Positions 1-11,810 of a stretch of 64,000 nt of DNA are shown piece after piece. The number at the start of each line of letters is the position of its first letter. Position 1 is the first letter of the stretch. Made by a program: the position numbers and the translations under genes. The stretch comes from Felis catus. Taxonomy: Eukaryota. The DNA is taken from positions 166,224,001 to 166,288,000 of the forward strand of contig NC_058368.1 of NCBI RefSeq assembly GCF_018350175.1, in the 5' to 3' direction. The notes under the pieces were generated by a model, which had not been told where the DNA came from, made no database searches, and saw only the letters and a list, made by a program, of their open reading frames with translations.

Positions 1-675
1 GCCAGAAAGGATGACAAAAATAACGGAGAAGCCTGAATTCTTTGCTGAGATGGAACCAGGTACTTCAAGGCACCTGGGCTGCCTGATAATAGTTGTCTTC
101 TACCCTGCATATTGGCTCAGTCTTCTTTCTAGATTTACAAAGCAAATAAAATTACTATTGGTTCTCATATGCAGTTGTGAGTCTAAACTTGTGGAAATGA
201 TAATCTCACTAAGGCTCAGCCTTTTCTTCTGCCTGTAGGCAGTCTCTTATCAATTTCTGGGACTTTACTCCTCAGGCCCATATGAAGGAACATTTTTATT
301 AAATTAGTTAAAAGATCCTTCACTGAGAGCTCTAGGAATATGGTTTTAAATCTCACATTCATGAAACTTTAATCTGTTTTTCCAAAATAGGACTGCAGTG
401 ATAGAATACTCATACAGAGACTAGCAAGCTTCCACATGGGAGTCTGTGTCTGAACTTGGTTTGTCAAACATTTACTTATAATTAACACAACTAATAATAT
501 TTAAATTGACAATTACAAGCTTATAATGATTTTTCATATTGGGAGGGAAGACTAGACAGAGGGTAAAGGTATAAATTATTAACAACCAGCAGTGGGAGAT
601 GTTTGCTATTTTGTGGTGGACAGCTGTGTTCAGACATGATTACTTAGTGGTCTTGTTTTTGTTTTGATCCACCAT

Positions 676-908
676 AGTCAGAGTAACCTTGTTTACTCTA
701 TCATAGATTTACCCCAATTCTTGACAGCAAAACAATCTGGAACAAGTCCCCAGTTTCTTAAGCCCTGCCTCAAATCATCTCTAACATGCTCTTGCTGAGA
801 CTTCCCATGGTTCCCCAAGGAGTGTCTACTTTGTTGCAACAAATAATAAATCTAACTTGTGAAACTATAGAAGTGTTCAAGCTGGTCTTTCAGTAGAGGT
901 GATTGGCA
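676..908 (+). mobile_element. 3' part of an old ERV LTR (family uncertain)
   Basis: LTR-like 3' end 'gcaacaaataataaatctaacttg...ggtctttcagtagaggtgattggca' with a polyA signal and terminal CA. Confidence 0.5.
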
Positions 909-3222
909 TGCTATTATTTGGAACTTCATCTTTGTAATAATATACCAATATGCCACTACAACTTTTATCTCATCAAATAAGCAAACCTATGAATGAAATT
1001 ATGGAAGACTAAATTCAGTAAGACCATTTTTCTGTGAAAAAAACGGTCATTGAGGCAATAAATGATCAGATTAATTCAAACTGCTTTTTTGAGATGTGCT
1101 TTAAATTGGTTCTGTACTTCCTTCGCCATATTGAGTTAAGGTCTAAGTGTCATGGTTTATAGAGAACTTTCCCACACATGGCTCAGGTTCTAGTAAGGAA
1201 AACAAATGTGCGTGGAACTGTAGTTACAGGGACATTGTGAGCACCACATGAAAAAGTTTTAAAGGAACACAGAGATGGTTAGAGTGGAATGATGTGTAAA
1301 TCCTTGATTCAAGATTTGCTATAATATGTATTTTGGCAATCTTCATTGCTCTCAATCTTTTAATCAAATATAAACTACTGAACACTAAAATATTGTGAGA
1401 AGCTATAAAGTTCTAATGCAGACTTTAAAAGATATTCACTACAAGGAGAAACTACAGAGAACACAAATAAATATATTAAGAATCAATTTCATAGAAGGTC
1501 AAAATCAATCAATGATGTATACTTATTTGAGAAGATATGTGAAATAACCAAGGGATTAAAAACTAGTTAGCTCTTTTTAGTTATTTTACTAACATCACCA
1601 ATTTCCATTTGTGATGTAATACAGAAACAAAATATGGGAACATGAATTAATTTTTGTGACTTTTTTTGAAATTTATAGAACCAAATGTTTAATTTCATGT
1701 TTAAATATTTTTAAATTTTATCTTCCAAATTACATTCTTGGCATTTAATTATGTATGGAGTGTACTAGAAAATGTTTGAACAAGTAGCACTAATCATTAG
1801 GTAACCCAAAGTACCTATTTTATAGTAGAGCATAAAAATCCTCAATAAGTAAGCAGATTTCTTTTTGTCAAATAATACAGAATTGTTGTTAAGGAAAAGT
1901 TAACCTGTAAAAACTGGTATCGTTTGAGTACATGTATATTTTTAAAATCTGTTTTTGTGGTCAGTTTAATTTGCATTTGAATACAAACAACTGAAATGAC
2001 TTCACATTAGTAAAATTGAATGGGTGGTAAAGAATAATAATTACCTTATCTCTTTAGGTCTGGAGAAAAGTAAATGTTTTTCCTATTTTTTCTTATTTTT
2101 TATATTTAATATTATGTTGACAGAAAATAAAAGTAACTCCCCTAATACATGATATTTTGTCTTGCACAAATGAAACATTCTATATTTACAGGACCTAAAA
2201 CAGAAAAAAAAAAAAAATTCAGGACGACAGCTGATAACATTTCAGTGTGATTTACTCACTGCATTTTATTTTTGCTGAAAATTTTTTAAAGCTGACAGTA
2301 ATGTTTATTGTGTTGCAAGTACTTTTTTATCATTTTTTTTCCTGTAAATAGTAACTACTAGCATTTTCAGTCTGTTTTTGGTGAGACAATCTATTGAAAA
2401 GTAGATGTTGTTTCAGAGGAAGTTGGGATTTTGCAACTTTAGTCTTATCAATGAATAGGAGCCACAAAAAAGAGAAAGATCTGAAAATGAAATATGAGAA
2501 GCTTCAAATAGATCAGCTGAATAAACTGTATTATTGATTTTTTAAGCTTTTTTTATTATCATTTTGGTCAGTTTATATGGTATTCTGAAACTCTGTTTTG
2601 CTAATGCTATAAAAATTCACTTCAAGAGCATGATAGAAAGTCAGTAATACTTTAAGACTTTTATCACATTAGTAACTTTCTTATGATATTAGAAATTCAA
2701 TAAAGGACAGAAAAGTCACTGATCCTATAGCTAAATTGCTAATATAATGCAGCACTTACCACTATGACATGAAATATGCATTTTACTCTGATGCTTTAAA
2801 GCTTTCAATTTTTCTTTTCTAGCCCTTTGAGAGACTTTTCTTTTGGTATATTTTTAACAATAAATATACAATAATGTGTAAAAGTTCAAAAATAGTAAAA
2901 CAGCAGGACATTGATTCTTCTAAAGAGAAGAAAAATGTCATCAAAGACATTTGTGTGCCTGGGCTCATATAGCAAGAACTCATGTTTGTACTAGAATACT
3001 TAAAAAGACAAAAAGCTACCAAAGCATTAAAAACTAGTTGTAACAAGATCATATTTCAAAATCTTGTATTTACTAATTGAAATAAGGAATATTTACTAAT
3101 TGCATTTCAAGTAGAGTGTTTTGAAAATAATTTAAAGGATTGGTATCACATAGTAAATACTCAGAATATATAACACAATCTCTGATACTCATGAGCTTTG
3201 TTTATTAGAAAAAATGGGTGTA

Positions 3223-3474
3223 GGGAAGCCTGGGCGGTTTAGTTGATTGAGCATCTGACTCTTAATCTGGGCTCAGTTCATGATCTCACAATCCTGAGTT
3301 TAAGCCCTGATCTCAGGCTTCCTGAGTTGGAGCTCAGTTTCAAGTATGTCTCTCCCTGTCTCTGGCCCTTCCCAGCTCGCACAGGCTCTCACAGGCTCGC
3401 ACACACTAGCGTGCTCTCCACCTACCTCTCTCGCTCTCTCTCAAAATAAATAAATTTTGAAAAAAAAAAAAGAA
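3223..3474 (+). mobile_element. CAN-SINE (older copy)
   Basis: tRNA-like head gggaagcctgggcggtttag, CT tract and A tail. Degenerate TSD agaaaaaatgggtgta/agaaaaatggttgta. Confidence 0.9.
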
Positions 3475-3664
3475 AGAAAAATGGTTGTACATTACAGCAA
3501 ATTCTATCTGGAGTGACAACTGAAATTCTGTTCATCTCTATTAAATCAACATTTTGTTAAATACCTAATCTGTGCCAAAATGCTTACAAGTAAAGTGACC
3601 TGTGCCAATAAGGCAATCTTTTATTGCATCTTTCCAGTAACCAAAATCTTCAATGTACAAATGT

Positions 3665-3940
3665 CATATTCATTTATTCATTCTTTCATTCATGAAGTAT
3701 CTATGGCACAATTACTTTATACCTTTAAACAGGCACTTTGCAATGAGATTAGTATACAGTGTTGAACAAGGCAGACAAATAAAGTGTGTGAAATATAATG
3801 AATTATTTCAGGTAAATTCTAGGAAATTGGTGTAAAGGAATAATATAATAGCAAATGATGGGATTGGTGATGTGGTCAGGGAAGACTTCACTGAAAAGTT
3901 GTTATTTCATGGAGACCTAAAAAAATGAGGAAGAGACATT
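3665..3940 (-). mobile_element. L2 LINE 3' fragment
   Basis: tcatttattcattctttcattc L2 tail on the minus strand; 'gtggtcagggaagacttcactgaaaag' is typical L2 body. Confidence 0.65.
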
Positions 3941-3955
3941 TCTAAAGTAAAGGAA

Positions 3956-4155
3956 GTGGTGCCTGGGTGGCTTAGTCTTTTGAGCATTCAACTCTTGATT
4001 TCAGTTCAGGTCATGATCTCAAGGTTCTTGAGATTGAGCCCAAGATCGAGCTATGACTGGAGCCAGCTTAGGATTCTCTCTCTCTCTGGTCCTCCTCTTC
4101 TTACTTTCTCTCTCTTTTTATCTCAAAATAAATAAATAAACATTAAAAAAAATAA
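3956..4155 (+). mobile_element. CAN-SINE (older copy)
   Basis: gtggtgcctgggtggcttag head, CT tract, aaataaataaataaa tail. TSD-like taaagtaaagga/taaggtaaagga. Confidence 0.9.
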
Positions 4156-4203
4156 TAAGGTAAAGGAGACAATCAAACAAACAAAAAAAAACCCCTAAAA
4201 CTT

Positions 4204-4340
4204 GGGGACCCCTGGGTGGCTCAGTTGGTTAAGAGTCTGACTCTTGATCTCAGCTCAGGTCTTGATCTCAGGGTTGTGCGTTCAAGCCCCATGTTAGGCT
4301 CCACACTCTGCATGGAGCCTACTTAAAAAATTAAAAAACA
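4204..4340 (+). mobile_element. Short CAN-SINE lacking a CT tract; tail interrupted by a younger SINE
   Basis: ggggacccctgggtggctcagttggttaag...ggagcctacttaaaaaa. Confidence 0.9.
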
Positions 4341-4543
4341 GGGGCGCCTGGGTGGCGCAGTCGGTTAAGCGTCCGACTTCTGCCAGGTCACGATCTCGCG
4401 CTCCGTGAGTTCGAGCCCCGCATCAGGCTCTGGGCTGATGGCTCAGAGCCTGGAGCCTGTTTCTGATTCTGTGTCTCCCTCTCTCTGCCCCTCCCCCGTT
4501 CATGCTCTGTCTCTCTCTGTCCCAAAAATAAATAAACGTTGAA
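4341..4543 (+). mobile_element. Young felid SINE (SINEC_Fc-type)
   Basis: CpG-rich ggggcgcctgggtggcgcagtcggttaagcgtccgac. Perfect 16-bp TSD aaaaaattaaaaaaca at 4325-4340 and 4544-4559. Confidence 0.97.
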
Positions 4544-5084
4544 AAAAAATTAAAAAACAAATCAAAACAAAACGCTAAAATTTGGAAAAAAATTTTTGCT
4601 TCAAAGAAATAATATACAACGCTATTAAAAAATACATCTTATTAAAATTGTATCCAATGGTTATCAGAGCTATTTTTCATGGATCCCTTTTAATATAATG
4701 ATTAATACCAGAAAAGGCATAAAAGTAGTTCCTGCAACATAAATACATGAAGAGAGAATGTAACCATGAAGCAAGCTGATTAATGCAATAAAGCCAGGCA
4801 CTGAAAACAACATGTATTGCTGAATTGAAAGCACAGAGTGGGACTGAGAGAAAAGAATTGGTTGAAAGCAATTTTATGAAGCTCTTAGACACCAAGAAGT
4901 CTCTGTGTGGTAAATTTCCTTACTTCAGCAGAAGATTAGGGGTTTCTCTCCGGAGAGAACAAACCAAAAACAATGTCGTCTCAGTGACACCAAACATGGC
5001 CAAGGAAGGAGTAGTGGGCTGTACTGATAAGAATGAAACCAAAATAAATATCTACACAAACAACAGTAAGAAGAAAATGTTACA

Positions 5085-5197
5085 GTGCAGCTGCATGGCC
5101 CAATTGGTTGATCATCTGACTTGGGCTCAGCTCATGATCTCACAGTTCCTGAGTTTGAGCCCTGCATCAGATGAGCTCCAGCCCCATTTCTGGTGAG

Positions 5198-5235
<38 letters not shown>

Positions 5236-5282
5236 CTTCACTCACTTATGCCCTCTCTCTGAAGAAGAAGAAGAAGAAGAAG

Positions 5283-5313
<31 letters not shown>

Positions 5314-5330
5314 TGAAGAAGGAGAAGAAG
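5085..5330 (+). mobile_element. CAN-SINE variant with a (CT)n tract and GAA-repeat tail
   Basis: Diverged head 'tggcccaattggttgatcatctgacttgggctcagctcatgatctcacag'. TSD-like aagaaaatgttaca/gaagaagttaca. Confidence 0.85.
5261..5311 (+). repeat. (GAA)17 microsatellite, imperfect extension to ~5339
   Basis: Direct reading; it produces the poly-E and poly-K pseudo-ORFs. Confidence 0.97.
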
Positions 5331-5708
5331 GAGAAGAAGTTACAAAGGAGCAATGCTTTGAGAATACTAGGGGTTGGAGAATAATGATGAGTCAGAGAGA
5401 TATATATAGAAAACTATACATCAAAAGTAAAAGAATGAAACTTTTTTTTCAATTTTTGAATGTTAAAAAAAATTACTGCTATGCACTTTTTCTATGAACT
5501 AAAAATTGTTGCTACCAGGCTTCACAAAATGAAACAGTAGCCAATCAACAAACAGGGAACAACAGTAGCAGTAAGATCAATGATATGAAGAACAACTAAA
5601 TGAAACAGGAGATAAAAATATGTGGGTGGGATAAAAACTTAGCAGAGTAATTGACAAGGGGAGTGATGCTTAAGTTATATATTAATCTTTAAGAATGACC
5701 AGGCAAGA

Positions 5709-5913
5709 GGGACACCTGGGTGGCTCAGATGGTTAAGTGTCTGACTTCCACTCAGGTCATGATCTCAGTGTTCCTGGATTCCAAGTGGCTGACAACGCAG
5801 AGCCTGGAACCTGCTTCAGTTTCCCTCTCTCTCTGACCCTCCCCCTGCTTGTGCTCTGTCTCTGTCTCTCTCTTTCTCTCTGTCTCAAAAAATAAAGTAA
5901 GCATAAAAAAAAA
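5709..5913 (+). mobile_element. CAN-SINE
   Basis: Perfect 18-bp TSD aagaatgaccaggcaaga at 5691-5708 and 5914-5931. Confidence 0.97.
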
Positions 5914-5989
5914 AAGAATGACCAGGCAAGATTGGTGAATACCAATCTCCAGTTACATGTCTCTAAGTAAAGAGAAACTATTGAAAGGT

Positions 5990-7850
5990 ATAAGATTTCT
6001 CATTTAAAAAAAAATTATTTGAAAACTTTAATAAGAAACAAATTCAAAATGGTAGAAAATATGACAAGCTTTATATCTTTTTTCCTTAAGTATACCAACA
6101 AGATTTTTCAAATAGGCAAAAATGATAAAATTCACACAGTTAAACAGACCATGTAAAAATTACCTTGGAAATAGTTTTAAAACAATGCAACTGTCAAGAG
6201 TATCTAAACAAATTTTAACTTTACTATAATGATATATTACATAAAACAAATTAAAATCAATGCATGAACAGATAGCAAATCAATGGAAAGTAAACACAAT
6301 TCAGAAAGATATCCAAGTACACAAAGAATTTAATATATGATATGAAATAAAAAAGTATATATGGTAAAGAAGACATATCAAAGCAGTGAAGAAAAGAATG
6401 AAGTGGAAAAAATTAAAATAATTAGCCAATCCTCTGGAAAAATATCATCATCAAAAATTTTGAAATCCACGTGGATTAAACTAAAAATATGAAGGATATA
6501 AAATTTTAAACATTGTAACCAAAACAATGAGAGTCAGAAAACAAATGGTTTCTTGAATGTGTTGAATTCTATAAATAAACGAAATTAACTTTTAGGAAAA
6601 AGATTTTAAAAGACAATTTCAGGCAAACAAACATTAGGAGTAAATGGAGCTCACTAAAGAAATATTATTATTAACAAAACTTTAAAAATTGTGTATTGTG
6701 AGTTTTATAAATATAAAATAAAGTTGCAATAATCTTACAAATAAGTCAGGAGTAGAGTTAATATATAAATATGTACTAACGCATTCAAGTTTACTTTAGA
6801 CTTTGGTAAGTCAAGAAGGCATGTTTCAAACTCTGGATTGTACTAAAGCAAACAGAAGAGGAAATTTATGTTTAAATTACAATCAAACCAAAAATGTAAC
6901 CAAAACAATACCAAAACAGGTGCAAAGTAAGCAATAAAAATAAATTTAAAATTAAATAGATCAATAATGAGGTCAAATGTAAATAATACATATGCTCCAA
7001 TTTATTTTTTTTAATTTTTAATGTTTATTTATTTTTGACACAGAGAGAGACAGAGCATGAGTGGGGGAAGGGCAGAGAGAACAGAGCCCAACACAGGGCT
7101 AGAACTCACGTACTGCTAGATCATGACCTGAGCCAAAGTCAGACGCTTAACTGACTGAGCCAACCAGGCGCCCCTATATGCTCCAATTTACAGATAAATT
7201 TGTGAAACAAGAAAGAAAAAAAATGTATATATATACATATATATGCATATAAATGTATGTATATATATATACACACACATTTTTGAGGGACATAGATAAA
7301 ATATATGAATACAGAAAGGTTAAATGTGAAAAAATGGAAAACAACATATTATACCAATACTAAGCAAAAGAAAGATGGAAGGCCACATTCATATCACATA
7401 AATAGATGTTAAGGTAGAAAAATGCTGTCAATGATACAGAAATGGCAAAATGATAACAACTTGATGGAAAGACAAGACAATTCTTTAGGGTGATGTCTAA
7501 CTTATTGTATAGTCTGAAAATACATGAAGCAAAATAATTAAAGCTTTATTTATTTGTAGAAAAACAAATGGCCCTGAGTAGGTAAAATCTGTAGGAAAAG
7601 ATAATAATAAGCTTCTCTTTGTTTTGAAAAGAATATTTATTTTAGTATGCATATAAGTGGTTTGAACAAAACACACGATCCCATTGACATATGTGAAATA
7701 CTACACCAAAAGCCGTGGGATACATATTCTTTGCGAATTTGAAGGGAATATTTAAATATTGCCATTTTACTGGGCCAAAAAATAATTGTTTTCTATGAAC
7801 ATAAGGAATTAAGTTGAAAATCAAAACCAAAATCAATTTAAACAAAACCG
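5990..7850 (+). mobile_element. Old, highly degraded L1 fragments (ORF2-like, including endonuclease region)
   Basis: A-rich L1-like text such as 'aaatggaaaacaacatattataccaatactaagcaaaagaaagatgg' and 'tacatattctttgcgaatttgaagggaatattt'. Confidence 0.7.
7005..7175 (-). mobile_element. CAN-SINE with internal deletion
   Basis: Perfect 15-bp TSD atatgctccaattta at 6990-7004 and 7176-7190. Confidence 0.95.
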
Positions 7851-8163
7851 ACTAGTATTTCCATTTGGGCCTATAAAGAATTTGGAAGTTGTCAATTCTG
7901 TTTTCACAACAGTAAAATTGCTGAAGAAATGTCCAGCAAATCTTTTCAGAACCATCAGAGAACTCAGGTGACAGGACAAATCACTGCTCTGAAATCTGGG
8001 GAGACATGTGAAAACACATCTCAGCTTAACAGGACCAGAGGCTGCTAAAGACAGTAATTGGTAACATGTTTGAAGGGCAATAGTTGAATTGCTGGAAGTT
8101 GAGTGTGGGCAAGTTTCTGAGTTCAAATACTTGGCCTTCCAGACATGGGAGATCCACCTTCCA

Positions 8164-8165
<2 letters not shown>

Positions 8166-8203
<38 letters not shown>
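8166..8203. repeat. (AC)19 microsatellite
   Basis: Direct reading. Confidence 0.95.
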
Positions 8204-8206
<3 letters not shown>

Positions 8207-8664
8207 TGTTGGTTTTACCTCCAGGAGCTTCACCAGATTCTCTCAGTGAAAATTAGAGAAAAATTCCCTACTGCTTCTGGCCTGAAAAAGAAAGGGGGAA
8301 AGACATTCCGAAATATTCCCCGAGCATTCTGTTCTTAACAAAGACCACCCCTCAAGAGGAAGTATTTAACCAGAGCCTGAACTGACATGACAGAAGAGCA
8401 ATTAGTCAACCCTATCCCCCACGAGCTTTCTTGTCTCACAAAAGAGGAGGGAACAAAAAGGCTGAAAAAATGATCCTGAAGGTCACATTCCCAGTACTCT
8501 AGACCACTAAGAAAAAAAAAGTGTTAATCATGAGATTTTAGATTATAGAGATCATTGTATACCTTACAACCACATCAACAGGGCTCCAGGGTAATAGTAT
8601 AAAAATAGTGGATGAAACCTGAGAAAGCTGCATGACACAGACTGTATTTAAAAAGGAGTTTCTA

Positions 8665-8885
8665 GGGGTGCCTGGGTGGCGCAGTAGGTTGGGCGTCCGA
8701 CTTCAGCCAGGTCACGATCTCGCGGTCCGTGAGTTCGAGCCCCGCGTCGGGCTCTGGGCTGATGGCTCGGAGCCTGGAGCCTGTTTCCGATTCTGTGTCT
8801 CCCTCTCTCTCTGCCCCTCCCTCATTCAAGCTCTGTCTCTCTCTGTCCCAAAAATAAATAAACGTTAAAAAAAAAATTAAAAAAA
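8665..8885 (+). mobile_element. Young felid SINE (SINEC_Fc-type) inserted in L1
   Basis: CpG-rich body. Perfect TSD aaaaaggagtttcta at 8650-8664 and 8886-8900. Confidence 0.97.
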
Positions 8886-9667
8886 AAAAAGGAGTTTCTA
8901 GGGAAACCCAAAGACAAGAGGGGAGAAAAATAAGGACATTCGAAGAAATTGAAGCCTCTGACACCTACAGCTACAACAAACATTAAACATATACACTTCT
9001 TCGCCAGAAAATAAAAAACTCACACTAAATGTCCATCTATTTCGTTCTTATTACTCAGTACGTTCCTATCTGACTTCCAACAGAACATTATAAAACACAC
9101 TACAGGAAAAAGTAAGAAAAATACAGTCTAAATAGGCAAAGCAAGGATTGAGAATCAGATATGGCAGAGAATTTGGAATTATTAGACAAGGAATTTAAAA
9201 TAATTATGATGATCATCTAATGGCTCTAAGGGAAAAAGTAGAAAACCTGCAACAGATGAGTAATGCAAGTGGAGAGATGGACACTCTATGCAAGAATCAA
9301 AAGAAAATACCAGAAATAATAAAGTACAATAACAGAAATGAAAAGTGTATTTGATTGGCTAATCAGTAGACTGGACATGGCTGAGGGAAAGAATCAGTGA
9401 GCTCAAATATATCTGATCAATAACTTCCCAAACTGAAATGCAAAGAGAAAAGAAAAATGAGTGGGAAAAAAAATAGAACAGAGCCCTGGAGAACTGTGGG
9501 ACGAACATAAAAGATGCAGCATATATGAAATGAGAATACTAGAAGGAGGAGGGAGAAAGGGACTGAAATATTATTTTAAATTATAATGGGTGATCATCTT
9601 TTTTAATTAAAGGCAGACACAAACCATACATTCAGGAAGGTAAGAGAATATCAGGCAGGAGAAATAG

Positions 9668-9669
<2 letters not shown>

Positions 9670-9724
<55 letters not shown>

Positions 9725-9725
9725 T
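9670..9725. repeat. (AT)n(CA)n compound microsatellite
   Basis: Direct reading. Confidence 0.95.
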
Positions 9726-10494
9726 CTAGGCATATCAGATTCAAACTTCAGAAAACCAAAGGAAGAAAAAGAAACAAAATCGTGAAAAAGCCAAAGACAA
9801 GAACATATTATCTATACGGAAACAAAGAATGACATCACACTTCTCAGAAACCACACAAATAGGACAAAAGTGGAGTGAAATATCTAAAATGTAGAAAGAA
9901 AAAGGCTGCCAAATCAGAGGTCTGTATCTAGTGAAATTATTCTTCAAAAGTGAAAGACAAAAAGAGAAATAGTTTCCCAGAAAAGCAAAAGTGAGAAAAC
10001 TTGTTTCTAGTAAACCTGCCTTGCAATAAATGTTAAAGTTCTTCAGAGAAAATGAAATTGCTGTATCAGAAACTCAGATTTACAAAATAATGAAGAGCAT
10101 TAGAGAAGGAATACTAAAGTCAGATATTTTATTTATTTTTCATGTTTAACTGAGGTAATAGATAACTCTATTCAAAATAATACTGGCAACAATGTACTGA
10201 CAGATGATACAGTGTGAATAAGTGAAATGAATAACAGCAATGTTATACCAGAAGGGTAGGGAGAGGTGGGAATATTCTATTATAATCTATCTGCACTGTC
10301 TTTCAAGTGGTATGGTATGTTTTGAAATGGATTTAGAAATATTTATAAAAGTATTTATAAATCTATATTGCACATGTATATTACAAGTGTGAGGCAATCA
10401 ATTGAAAAAATGTAATTGATAAGCTAAGAGGGGAGAATAAATGGAATCATATAAAATGCTCAATAAAACCAGAGAAGGCAGAAGAAAAAGAAAG

Positions 10495-10605
10495 CTGAGA
10501 GTGGAGAGTGGAGAACTGCTTGGGTTTCTCTCTCTCCCTCTGCTCTTCTCCCCTGATCATACTCACTCTCTCCTAAAAAAATTTTTAAAAAAGAAATAAA
10601 ATAAA
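10495..10605 (+). mobile_element. 5'-truncated CAN-SINE (3' half only)
   Basis: 'gagtggagaactgcttgggtttctctctctccctctgctc...ctctctcctaaaaaaa' resembles the SINE 3' half. Confidence 0.65.
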
Positions 10606-11552
10606 AAGTAATCAAGAACAATTACAACAAATATAAAACACAAATGTGATAGATAATAATCCAACTATATCAATAATCAATTGAAATGAGAATGGCCTAA
10701 ATATACCAGATAAAAGAGAGACTAAGAGAGTGAATTAAAAAAAAAGACTCAACTGTATGTTGTTTATAAGAAATCTGCTTTACAAATAAAGACATAGATT
10801 ACAATTAACAGGATGGAAAAAGATATACTATGCTCACACTAACACAAAGATAGCTAGAGTAACTATATTAATTTTAAGTAAAACAGACTTCAGAGTGAGA
10901 AAAATTGCCAGGAACAAAGAGAGGCATTAAATAATGATAAAGTAGTTAATTGTACAAGGCAATGGAGCAATCCTTAAAGCCTATATGCCTAACAAGAAAG
11001 TGTCAAATATGGGAGGTAAAATTGAGAGCACTGCAAGGGGAAATAGAGGAATCCACACAAATAGAGATGACTTATCTTTGACAAAAGGGCAAAGGAAATT
11101 AATAGAGAAAAGATAGTCTTTTCAACAAATGGTACATTTGGGCCTCTACATAAAAATAAAAAAGAATCTAGACACAGACCTTACAACTTCCACAAAGTGA
11201 ACTCAAAGTGGATCACAGCCCTAAATTCAAAACACAAAATCATAAAATTCCTAGAAGATAACATAAGAGAAAACCCACCTATTCTGAAAAGGCCACGTCC
11301 TGTATGATTCCATCTATCTGACATTCTCAAAAAAGGCAATATTATAGAGAGAGTAAAAACATCAGTGGAGCCAGCAGCTGGGGGGAGGGGAGGAAGGATA
11401 CACTGATGAAGCCCTGGGGATTTTTAGGATAAAGATACAATTCTGTATGATGCCATAAAGATGGACCCGTGACATTATGCATTTGTGAAAACCCTTAGAA
11501 CTGTGGAATGCAAAAAGCGAACCCTCAGGCAGAGTATAGAATTTAGCTAATT

Positions 11553-11781
11553 GAGGCGCCTGGATGGCTCAGTCGGTTAAGCCACTCTAACTCCTGATTT
11601 TGGCTCAGGTCATGATCTCACGATTAGTGGCTTCAAGCTCCTTGTAGAGCTCCACACTGACAATGCAGAGCCTGCTTGGAATTGTCTTTCTCTCCCTCCC
11701 TCTCTGCCCCTCCCCCACTGGTGTGCATGTGCATGTGCTCTCTCGCTCGCTCGTTCAAAATAAATAAATAAACCTAAAAAA
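11553..11781 (+). mobile_element. CAN-SINE
   Basis: gaggcgcctggatggctcagtcggttaa head. Degenerate TSD agaatttagctaat/agaattgagttaat. Confidence 0.95.
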
Positions 11782-11810
11782 AGAATTGAGTTAATAAAAA
11801 TTAATTAAAA

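Larger units (their letters stand above)
7855..11810 (+). mobile_element. L1MC-like element: 5' region, ORF1 remnant, start of ORF2, two internal deletions, partial 3' UTR
   Basis: 5' region is homologous to 23935-24800 (gaagcctctgac...cagctaca.caaacattaaa). ORF1-like text 'gtgaaattattcttcaaaagtgaa'. L1MC-type 3' UTR 'gacattatgcatttgtgaaaacccttagaactgt'. Confidence 0.8.

Noticed and set aside
3067..3102. Short direct repeat tatttactaattg x2 (similar cases near 21471-21499 and 31150-31182)
   Set aside because: Ordinary slippage-type micro-duplications with no insert of note.
4825..5497. ORFs with poly-E, poly-K and SL repeats
   Set aside because: Translations of a SINE, its (CT)n tract and the (GAA)n tail.
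8632..8964. SINE-derived ORFs (also 22426, 41738, 60930)
   Set aside because: Read-through of young SINEs; database hits would be SINE-contaminated predictions.
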